Shown in pieces: positions 18,001 through 20,518 of a stretch of 32,000 nt of DNA. Made by a program: the position numbers and the translations under genes. The notes below the pieces were generated by a model. It saw nothing but the letters and a program-made list of their open reading frames with translations, had not been told where the DNA came from and ran no database searches. How positions within the stretch are numbered: the stretch's first letter is position 1; each line of letters starts with the position of its first letter. Source of the stretch: Candidatus Omnitrophota bacterium (GTDB taxonomy: Bacteria; Omnitrophota; Gorgyraeia; Zapsychrales; JANLHA01); contig OY759724.1 of NCBI GenBank assembly GCA_963662715.1, forward strand, positions 30,001 through 62,000, given 5' to 3'.

Positions 18001-18412
18001 CACCAAATGCTTTCTTAACATAAGCCCGGTAATCCGCATCGACCATTTGATAGGACCACGGAGGAGTTGCCGTGGTTACCGCGTCATAAGGCTGCCATCG
18101 GGTATCGATATCTTGCCAGGCGCCGTTTTTCTCATAATGAAGGTCTCCGGAGGAAACAATAATCTGCTCCTGCCCGTCCGGCCGAAGGAATGTTTTTGAA
18201 GATCGCGTGCGTTCTTCCGGGAGTTCGACAGAACCCTGCGGCAAGCCTTTGATATATTGATGCTCTGAAGAGGTGACGGGAAGGGGATCCGATTCTCTGC
18301 TGCCAGGATTCGCAACATAAGAAAACACTCTGGGCACAGAGAGGAGGTATAGTCCTAGTATTATTAATAGAACGTAGTTCTTATTATCAATTTTTAGAAA
18401 GGGTTGACGCAT
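1..18412 (-). CDS. Giant secreted repeat protein. The 5' end is complete and the 3' end runs off the window (at least 6137 codons here).
   Basis: Manual reverse-complement translation. The ATG is at 18412..18410, with an in-frame TGA 12 codons upstream (plus-strand tca at 18449..18451) and no other start codon between them. The N-terminus reads MRQPFLKIDNKNYVLLIILGLYLLSVPRVFSYVANPG. I translated codon by codon from 18412 to 14341 without a stop. Inside the array, the same frame (plus-strand triplets starting at positions = 2 mod 3) reads CCA (Trp) once per 39 nt. I checked the places where the plus-strand ORFs break (11642-11695, 13022-13200, 14222-14345) and found no TTA/CTA/TCA in phase. 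I did not verify every codon in 1-14340. All neighbouring genes are on the same strand. Confidence 0.85.
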   Translation of the reverse strand, partial: MRQPFLKIDNKNYVLLIILGLYLLSVPRVFSYVANPGSRESDPLPVTSSEHQYIKGLPQGSVELPEERTRSSKTFLRPDGQEQIIVSSGDLHYEKNGAWQDIDTRWQPYDAVTTATPPWSYQMVDADYRAYVKKAFGEHKILRLEKDGHYLEAVPGPLSVHFSEDDTEKRTQHILARPRPVTGQVSNKPFDIVSGGGFIEWPEAYGRGLNFRYTPSDVRFIKILSVESLDSLSLSGSAEPSAGSALSLTLHFATDLELLFDGKIWNDRKPSVTTHVDFVDEEKKVLWWWKKPVAIDANGEKVYGQFILSPLPDTGKDTSTQPSSEEHAFCVSVQFPLDWFKNAAYPVQIDPDTFYGNSADGYISGQDPSYTQARNSSSSSDDSGATFLVGQNFTAGLVYDVHRAYLSFDTSSLSAAPARAHLYLKANTDASTTDFTARIHQYSWSSPIASYQESNFDGALASTYDADWRGTSGMSTGVYYSSQSLDTSYVSTSGSTLYALLSDRDVSGTSPSGAEYVSIHSQDASSASDRPYLSIEPVVEVYYSVGTDTGDLTSGSPNVTITNHTAEFTAAQADDVGAGDELVAGGNTYYIQSRQSSTVYTVTTATGAVPSDLSSTAVTSISRAFNTLSSAESNSSGGSYLNSADLTSAGADVQLNWVLYSDGVFDGADGSGAQLTIDGYTTDSTHYIRMFAPSLSSEVGSSQRHTGEEGTGVVIQPSNSSPGDPYSVIDISDDYVRIEGIEIDGSQITNAENLDGISLNAAISDSSSDIQISKAIIHDLDNSTTDDTDASNVRGIVINDGNLKVRNTIIYDMTNLSTNASSNIVGLLAASGGDTYYLHNLTLHAINNTGSTGYARGIDNVSGTMTVRNSSCGEVNSTNGSEACFNGTITQSYNVSSDATASGTGSQTNETDYTDYFYEAGATSTDLHLRHDSLTLWGTNGTDLDSDANLPVTDDIDADARDGTSPDIGADEVTNEVASAPLTPYCEGSVTPVTDVTDTTPEFSAICDDPDTDDCSYYEIEVDTANTFDGTRMWDTGKTDTGSDVTENTRMNDVSYAGTALSIDGSTYYWRIRFWDTAHDGGSGEADVPGDWSAVQTFTMEDKTLTFTQEPTTSFSCQLLENQPIVSTSDSASGVDVTIAILSNPGSSSLIGTTTVTTNGSGVATFTDLQIPVPGVGYTLQATASGYISDTTAAFTVEPCTTPMSTVVYDDSNGDLYVKCWLEGSEGRVTLGASDTCAVNIYEPDGTLEKAISTGDFGTPSSNVFSYAWSADSPDFDSSYFAEVLIYYDARSQTYTSYDTYDLTQFAILQDVNDILVDTSSINWTNVTDIKAKTDTINWTDITEIKSKTDTINWDDIGVLMSDLSSIRSSADALDDVNWDDMEVMTTSQVNWTNVYSMAAAQINWEDITVMTEAGINWEDMEFMSDAGVNWFDIAYMSGAGVDWSETINWDNLAELTTAGVNWEDLTVMSEVGLNWDDLEIMSKAEVNWYDFGVLSLSGMNWANLTEMSMSGINWADLDALSDAGINWRDLDLLTDAGINWLDLDVLSDTGINWVGFNELSTAGVNWEDIAALSHAGVNWTGLDDLATTGVNWDDIAELSTVGINWTNINALSEAGINWKDIDVLSDTGINWKDIDVLSDAGINWLDINALSDAGINWRDLDVLSDIGINWTEFNELSTAGVNWADLAELSTAGMNWAGLDDLATSAVNWDDIAVLSDAGINWISINDLSDAGINWLDIDVLSDAGVNWSAIDVLSDAGVNWMNLAEMTDAGINWVELENMAIDIQGVNWENIEEMSTSGINWDSIADMAEAGVNWIALEEISKSAVNWVGLADMANSNVNWMNISEMSSSGINWTELEEMAIDVQGVNWSSLEEMTTAGINWDNFGDLSSAGINWENLENMAIDIQGVNWDNIRDMTDANVNWDDIQVLSESGINWLDIDVLSDTGINWQDVDILSDAGINWADLDILSDAGINWQDIDILSDANVNWTGWDEIASSGVNWDNIANMSDAGINWLDIDVMSDTGINWDDVRVLSEQGMNWVSINDMSDAGINWLDIDVLSDAGVNWKDIDVLTDRGINWTNLSDLSGAGINWLDIDILSDTGINWKDLDVLSDTGINWVDIEVMSARGINWVSINDLSDAGINWLDIDVMSDMGINWADLDVLSDAGVNWMDINVLSDAGINWLDLDVMSDRAVNWLEIGELSTAGINWLDVGVMSTRNINWLGIYDLSLSGVNWQDINIMSEQGINWLSVYSMSAAGINWADIDVMSDRGVNWTGIDLMSKAGINWQDIDVLSDAGINWQDLDVFSDTGINWLDIDVMSSAGVNWVSVNDLSDAGINWLDIDVLSDRGINWTGINDLSDAGINWLDIDVLSDAGINWEDINVLSDTGINWRDIDVLSDVGMNWVSVNDLSDAGINWLDIDVLSDAGINWRDLDVLSDAGINWRDLDVLSDAGINWRDLDILSDTGINWTDIDVMSSAGVNWVSINDLSDTGINWLDIDVLSDVGINWVSVNDLSDAGINWADIDILSDTGINWKDIDVLADKGINWEDIDVLSDAGINWLDLDVLTDAGINWLDIDVMSDAGVNWDGLVDMANKGINWDSISDMSISGVNWLNLDEMTMSGINWDRIGEMSDSDINWLNIGEMSLKGINWDNITVMSEAGINWTDMGKMTINGINWMNIAELSSSGINWLDLDVLSDTGINWQDINVMSDMGINWVSVNDLSDAGINWLDIDVLSDAGINWLDLDVLSDTGINWQDINVLSDAGINWVDLDVLSDTGINWLDIDVMSSAGVNWVSVNDLSDAGINWLDIDVMSDAGINWLDWDVLSDAGINWQDLDVLSDAGINWLDLNVLSDTGINWLDIDVMSSAGVNWVSVNDLSDAGINWQDLDVLSDAGINWQDINVLSDAGINWQDINVLSDAGINWLDLDVLSDTGINWQDIDVMSSAGINWVSVNDLSDAGINWLDIDVLSDAGINWVDLDVLSDTGINWSDLDVLSDAGINWVDLDVLSDTGINWQDIDVMSDMGINWVSVNDLSDAGINWLDIGVLSDAGVNWQDIDVLSDTGINWQDIDVMSDMGINWVSVNDLSDAGINWQDIDVMSDMGMNWVSMSDMTNAGINWLDIDVLSDAGINWLDIDVLSDTGINWQDINALSDAGINWRDLDVLSDTGINWQDIDVMSDMGINWVSVNDLSDAGINWLDIDVMSDAGINWLDLDVLSEAGINWLDIDVLSEAGINWLDLDVLSDTGINWQDIDVMSDMGINWVSVNDLSDAGINWLDIDVMSDAGINWLDWDVLSDTGVNWSDINEMSDAGINWVSVNDLSDAGINWLDIDVMSDARMNWVSMSDMTNAGMNWLDIDVLSDAGINWLDIDVLSDTGINWSDLNVLSDAGINWVSVNDLSAAGINWQDIDVMSDAGVNWINIGDMTDAGINWLDIDVLSDAGINWSDMDVLSDTGINWSDINVMSDIGINWVSMNDLSDAGINWQDIDVMSDMGMNWVSMSDMTNAGINWLDIDVLSDAGINWQDLDVLSDTGINWQDLNVMSDMGMNWVSMSDMTNVGINWQDINVMSDMGINWVSVNDLSDAGINWLDIDVLSDAGINWLDLDVLSDVGINWQDLDVFSDAGINWRDLNILSDAGINWLDIDVLSDMGINWVSVNDLSDAGINWLDIDVLSDAGINWQDLDVLSDTGINWQDIDVMSSAGVNWVSVNDLSDAGINWLDIDVMSDMGINWVSVNDLSDAGINWQDVDVMSDAGINWQDLDVLSDTGINWQDINVMSSAGVNWVSVNDLSDAGINWLDIDVMSDAGVNWQDIDVLSDTGINWQDLDVLSDAGINWVDLDVLSDTGINWQDINVMSDMGINWVSVNDLSDAGINWLDIDVLSDAGINWLDLDVISDTGINWSDINVLSDAGINWVDLDVLSDAGINWQDIDVMSNAGVNWVSVNDLSDAGINWQDIDVMSDAGINWLDLDVISDAGINWQDIDVLSDVGINWLDLDVLSDTGINWVDIDVMSSAGVNWVSVNDLSDAGINWLDIDVLSDAGINWQDINVLSDAGINWQDINVLSDAGINWLDLDVLSDTGINWQDIDVMSSAGVNWVSVNDLSDAGINWQDIDVMSDARINWLDLDVISDTGINWLDIDVLSDAGINWVDLDVLSDTGINWSDINVMSDMGINWVSVNDLSDAGINWLDIDVMSDTGINWLDLDVLSDTGVNWSDINVMSDAGINWVSVNDLSDAGINWQDIDVLSDMGMNWVSMSDMTNAGINWLDIDVLSDTGINWLDIDVLSDTGINWQDINALSDAGINWRDLDVLSDTGINWQDINVMSDMGINWVSVNDLSDAGINWLDIDVMSDAGINWLDLDVLSEAGINWLDIDVLSEAGINWLDLDVLSDTGINWQDIDVMSDMGINWVSVNDLSDAGINWLDIDVMSDAGINWLDWDVLSDTGVNWSDINEMSDAGINWVSVNDLSDAGINWLDIDVMSDARMNWVSMSDMTNAGMNWLDIDVLSDAGINWLDIDVLSDTGINWSDLNVLSDAGINWVSVNDLSAAGINWQDIDVMSDAGVNWINIGDMTDAGINWLDIDVLSDAGINWSDMDVLSDTGINWSDINVMSDIGINWVSMNDLSDAGINWQDIDVMSDMGMNWVSMSDMTNAGINWLDIDVLSDAGINWQDLDVLSDTGINWQDLNVMSDMGMNWVSMSDMTNVGINWQDINVMSDMGINWVSVNDLSDAGINWLDIDVLSDAGINWLDLDVLSDVGINWQDLDVFSDAGINWRDLNILSDAGINWLDIDVLSDMGINWVSVNDLSDAGINWLDIDVLSDAGINWQDLDVLSDTGINWQDIDVMSSAGVNWVSVNDLSDAGINWLDIDVMSDMGINWVSVNDLSDAGINWQDVDVMSDAGINWQDLDVLSDTGINWQDINVMSSAGVNWVSVNDLSDAGINWLDIDVMSDAGVNWQDIDVLSDTGINWQDLDVLSDAGINWVDLDVLSDTGINWQDINVMSDMGINWVSVNDLSDAGINWLDIDVLSDAGINWLDLDVISDTGINWSDINVLSDAGINWVDLDVLSDAGINWQDIDVMSNAGVNWVSVNDLSDAGINWQDIDVMSDAGINWLDLDVISDAGINWQDIDVLSDAGINWLDLDVLSDTGINWVDIDVMSDMGINWVSVNDLSDAGINWLDIDVLSDAGINWQDINVLSDAGINWQDINVLSDAGINWLDLDVLSDTGINWQDINVMSSAGVNWVSVNDLSDAGINWLDIDVMSDAGINWLDLDVISDAGINWQDIDVLSDAGINWLDIDVMSDTGINWLDIDVMSSAGVNWVSVNDLSDAGINWLDIDVMSDTGINWLDLDVLSDTGVNWSDINVMSDAGINWVSVNDLSDAGINWQDIDVLSDMGMNWVSMSDMTNAGINWLDIDVLSDTGINWLDIDVLSDTGINWQDINALSDAGINWRDLDVLSDTGINWQDINVMSDMGINWVSVNDLSDAGINWLDIDVMSDAGINWQDLDVLSDTGINWLDLDVMSDAGINWQDLDVLSDTGINWQDINVMSDMGINWVSVNDLSDAGINWLDIDVMSDAGINWQDMDVLSDTGINWQDINVMSDMGINWVSVNDLSDAGINWVDIDVMSDMGMNWVSMSDMTNAGINWLDIDVLSDAGINWSDIDVISDTGINWSDLDVLSDAGINWSDIDVLSDAGVNWQDINVMSDIGINWVSVNDLSDAGINWLDIDVMSDAGINWQDLDVLSDTGINWQDLNVMSDMGINWVSVNDLSDAGINWLDIDVMSDTGMNWVSMSDMTNAGINWLDLDILSDAGINWQDLDVLSDTGINWQDINVMSDMGINWVSMNDLSDAGINWQDIDVMSDAGMNWVSMSDMTNAGINWLDLDILSDAGINWQDLDVLSDTGINWQDINVMSDMGINWVSVNDMSDAGINWLDIDVMSDIGMNWVSMSDMTNAGINWLDLDILSDAGINWQDMDVLSDTGINWQDLNVMSDMGINWVSVNDMSDAGINWLDIDVMSDMGMNWVSMSDMTNAGINWLDIDVLSDTGINWLDLDVLSDTGINWQDLNVMSDMGINWVSVNDMSDAGINWLDIDVMSDAGINWLDIDVLSDAGINWADIDVLSDAGINWQDLNVLSDTGVNWQ
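162..1214 (-). repeat. 234-bp (6-unit, 78-aa) higher-order repeat, about 4.5 copies
   Basis: The same ordered set of six unit variants recurs at 162, 396, 630, 864 and 1098. For example, 361-480 is near-identical to 595-714. Confidence 0.85.
2034..10339 (-). repeat. 3432-bp (88-unit, 1144-aa) higher-order tandem repeat: two full copies plus a diverged partial third
   Basis: Copies start at 2034, 5466 and 8898. The landmark 'tccctgta...ccaaatcccgccaattaatccccgcatcactcagagcattaatatcctg' occurs at 2041, 5473 and 8905. The block 3022-5431 matches 6454-8863; the antisense translation is identical throughout and the nucleotides were identical at the six places I spot-checked. The flanking mismatches are 3021 g versus 6453 a, and 5432 a versus 8864 g. 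Confidence 0.9.
10340..10651 (-). repeat. Island of 8 divergent 'x-x-I-x-E-M-S-x-x-G-I-N-W' units interrupting the uniform array
   Basis: Units translated in ascending plus-strand coordinate order: MNIAELSSSGINW, TDMGKMTINGINW, DNITVMSEAGINW, LNIGEMSLKGINW, DRIGEMSDSDINW, LNLDEMTMSGINW, DSISDMSISGVNW, DGLVDMANKGINW. They resemble the degenerate units at 12400-14400. Confidence 0.8.
14822..15100 (-). other. Ig-like (Big-type) domain
   Basis: The sequence reads LTFTQEPTTSFSCQLLENQPIVSTSDSASGVDVTIAILSNPGSSSLIGTTTVTTNGSGVATFTDLQIPVPGVGYTLQATASGYISDTTAAFTVEP. The 'G-x-A-T-F-x-x-L ... G-x-Y-T-L-x-A-T-A-x-G' pattern is typical of bacterial Ig-like domains. Confidence 0.4.
15110..15415 (-). other. 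FN3-like beta-sandwich (resembles the alpha-L-rhamnosidase N-terminal type)
   Basis: The sequence reads TPEFSAICDDPDTDDCSYYEIEVDTANTFDGTRMWDTGK...YAGTALSIDGSTYYWRIRFWDTAHDGG...WSAVQTFTM. I recall the 'YYWRVRVWD ... WS' motif from that domain type. Confidence 0.45.
15497..16800 (-). other. Right-handed parallel beta-helix (PbH1-like) region
   Basis: Repeated ~22-25 aa rungs are rich in N/I/G/T: ...DDYVRIEGIEIDGSQITN..., ...SDIQISKAIIHDLDN..., ...VRGIVINDGNLKVRNTIIYDM..., ...YYLHNLTLHAINNTGS..., ...GIDNVSGTMTVRNSS... The region ends with the typical cap ...TDLHLRHDSLTLWGTNGTDLDSD...DDIDADARDGTSPDIGADE. Confidence 0.6.
16805..17355 (-). other. Lectin-like (DNRLRE / CBM96-like) beta-sandwich module
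   Basis: The pattern is ...GATFLVGQNF...VHRAYLSFDTSSLSAAPARAHLYLKAN... ending in ...SQDASSASDRPYLSIE. It resembles the 'R-x-Y/L-L-x-F-D-L-S ... A-x-L-x-L ... (N/D)RP-x-L-x-V/I' signature of that family. No search was run. Confidence 0.4.
17360..18300 (-). other. N-terminal beta-rich module ending in a YPVQIDP motif
   Basis: The translation contains ...KKPVAIDANGEKVYGQF... and ...DWFKNAAYPVQIDPDTF. I recall the 'P-x-A-x-D-A-x-G ... YPVxIDP' pattern from the N-terminal regions of large secreted DNRLRE-type and wall-associated/RHS-type proteins. This is motif recall only. Confidence 0.35.
18332..18412 (-). other. N-terminal signal peptide or signal anchor of the giant protein
   Basis: A charged N-region (MRQPFLKIDNK) is followed by the hydrophobic stretch YVLLIILGLYLLSV. 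I cannot identify a cleavage site by eye. Confidence 0.55.
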
Positions 18413-18438
18413 AAAAACTATATTACAACATGAATCGG

Positions 18439-18462
18439 CCCAGAAACCTCATTCCCAGAAAC
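18439..18462 (-). promoter_or_regulatory. Direct repeat GTTTCTGGG x2 (15-bp period) upstream of the giant gene; possible operator or promoter element
   Basis: Plus-strand cccagaaac occurs at 18439..18447 and 18454..18462, which is 27-50 nt upstream of the ATG. No Shine-Dalgarno sequence is visible. A TAATAT hexamer lies about 8-13 nt upstream of the ATG on the minus strand. Confidence 0.2.
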
Positions 18463-18588
18463 GGAAAGACACCGGCTACCTGTCTCCTCAAACCGGAAAA
18501 GAACAAGCATCCCTGGCCATTCCAGCTTCTGAAAAATTTTTCTACGCCTTAATATAAGATAAAATTAAATTATTGTAACGTTATCACC

Positions 18589-20511
18589 TCACTCACTCAT
18601 CTGATCAACGATCTCTTCTTTAGCGCCCGTGTATTTCCACCAATTCTCGCGTTCTTCTCTCACTTCTTTGTCTAAAGACGAATCAATGCTGCCCATGAGC
18701 TCCATCTGAGCGGCAATGATTTTTTCTTTAACTAAATGCAGATCCTCCGCTTCCGGATTTAACCATAAATACTGCTGATAATGAGTCAACGCTGTTTTAA
18801 AATCTCCCAAATATTCACTGGAAACAAATGCGAGATTAAAGTGGGCGTTCGCATCATGAGGGACAAGCTGAACGGCCTTCCGGTACTCGTCCCGGGCTCT
18901 GCCATAATGTCCCTGATGAAAAAATATATTCCCCATGTTGTAATGCACTTTCCCCTCATCTTCCCGCATGGTTTCATGTTCCGAGGACATTTCGTCCAGC
19001 ATGGAAATAACTTTCTGACTCCTCACGCGGTCGTGAAATGCCGCGTCGGCCAAAACCTGCTCTTCCCCGGCAAATGATATTTCCGGCGCCGCCTCTGAAC
19101 TGACAACAGCCCCTCCCTGCGCCAGTAAACCGCCTGTCAGATCATGCTTTAATTGCTCGGCCTGAGATTGCAGCCGGACGATCTGCTGCTCCCACACATT
19201 GAGTTTGTTCGAAGCAACCCCATCAGATGAGCGGGACAAATTCCCAAGCAGCTCTTCTTTCGCCTCGCTCACCATACTGGCAAGCTGCCTCGCTTCCGCC
19301 AAAGCAATCCCTTTGTATTTTTCCGTCAGCTTCTGCTCAATGACATTGACTTGCGCAAGAATATCATTGATGCGTTTTTTTGCTAATTGTTTCTGCCGCG
19401 TTTTAAAATCTGAAATTTCCTGCTCTTTCTTAGCCAATTGATTCTCCAGTTGCTGAATCTCTTCCTGCAAGGCATTTTTCCGTTCGGCACTCATTTCCGA
19501 AGGCAAAGAAGAATATTCCTGGGACTTATCGGCTAAGGTCTGCTGTACTGTCTCAACCTGAGCGACCATCTCCTGCGATTTCGATTCCTGTTCTTCCTTG
19601 AATTTCTCAAACTCCTGACTTCGCTGAGCAAGTTGTTTCTCCAGGCCTTTCAGCTCCTCCGTTAAACTCATAGCCTTGCTCTCGGCAGCTTCCTTGGCGG
19701 TCTGCAACTCGGATATTTGCGCCTGGTATTCCCGAGTTTTATTTTTGAGCTCCTCCTCCAGTTGCGACACCTGCCGAGAAAGCTTTTCAAGATCTTCTTC
19801 TGCCTGCGTCCGCTGCTCTTCGCTCAGCTGTTTCATCTCGTCTTCCCGTTCCATCATCTGGCGACGCAACTCCACAATGGTTTTTTGAAGATGATTTAAC
19901 TCACGCGCTGATATCTCAACCTGGACGGTCTCCCCCTCTTCCGGGATAATTCCGGGACTCGGCTCGGCCAGCATAAATTCTAACTTCTGATTCTTTTCAA
20001 CGAGCTCTTTTTCTATTTCAGCAATTCTTTCCTGCAACTTCAGCACATTTTTTTGTGAATTCTCCAGCATGCCTTTATAGGAATCCCGCTCTTTATCAAG
20101 GACACGCAAACGGTTCACCTCGATTGTTCGCTGGCCCCGCAAATTTTTCAACTGTTGATCCAATCCCTTCTTTTGAGACTCTAATTCCTGATTCTTTTCA
20201 ATGGCCTCTTTTAAAATGCGGTTCAGTTGAATAATTTTTTCGGGGCTTAAGGATTCACCCACATCGACCTGCACGGCTGTTATCTCTTTGGCCCCTGCCC
20301 CGGAACCGGGAATCTCCTTTTCCGTTTGTCTCCGGCCGAATTTCGGCTTTTCTACGACAATTTGATCCAGGCCAATTTCCGTTTCAATGATCGTGACATC
20401 CCCCTCAACCGTCACCGGTCGATCTTGCGCAGATACCACGGCAGGACACAGTGACCACAACCATAAACAGGATAAAATAACCGTTAAATTTTTATTTCCT
20501 CTATGTATCAT
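18589..20511 (-). CDS. Secreted coiled-coil protein with a C-terminal TPR domain (MshN/PilF-like role possible)
   Basis: 640-aa ORF. The N-terminus MIHRGNKNLTVILSCLWLWSLCPAVVSAQ looks like a signal peptide. A region of about 380 aa is E/K/Q/L-rich (for example LQERIAEIEKELVEKNQKLE and QLENQLAKKEQEISDFK). TPR-like helices lie at the C-terminus (YNMGNIFFHQGHYGRARDEYRKAVQLVPHDANAHFNLAF...ALTHYQQYLWLNP). The ATG is 7 nt after the secretin stop. Confidence 0.8.
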   Translation of the reverse strand: MIHRGNKNLTVILSCLWLWSLCPAVVSAQDRPVTVEGDVTIIETEIGLDQIVVEKPKFGRRQTEKEIPGSGAGAKEITAVQVDVGESLSPEKIIQLNRILKEAIEKNQELESQKKGLDQQLKNLRGQRTIEVNRLRVLDKERDSYKGMLENSQKNVLKLQERIAEIEKELVEKNQKLEFMLAEPSPGIIPEEGETVQVEISARELNHLQKTIVELRRQMMEREDEMKQLSEEQRTQAEEDLEKLSRQVSQLEEELKNKTREYQAQISELQTAKEAAESKAMSLTEELKGLEKQLAQRSQEFEKFKEEQESKSQEMVAQVETVQQTLADKSQEYSSLPSEMSAERKNALQEEIQQLENQLAKKEQEISDFKTRQKQLAKKRINDILAQVNVIEQKLTEKYKGIALAEARQLASMVSEAKEELLGNLSRSSDGVASNKLNVWEQQIVRLQSQAEQLKHDLTGGLLAQGGAVVSSEAAPEISFAGEEQVLADAAFHDRVRSQKVISMLDEMSSEHETMREDEGKVHYNMGNIFFHQGHYGRARDEYRKAVQLVPHDANAHFNLAFVSSEYLGDFKTALTHYQQYLWLNPEAEDLHLVKEKIIAAQMELMGSIDSSLDKEVREERENWWKYTGAKEEIVDQMSE

Positions 20512-20518
20512 GCAGGCA

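Noticed and set aside
14820-18318. Small ORFs lie inside the non-repeat part of the giant gene: 14820..15065 -, 16306..16491 +, 16721..17053 +, 16756..17223 -, 17996..18199 +, 18076..18318 -.
   Set aside because: All are out of frame with, or antisense to, the continuous frame that starts at 18412. Their translations are Arg/Pro/Cys-rich with no motifs, whereas the long frame gives domain-like sequence throughout.
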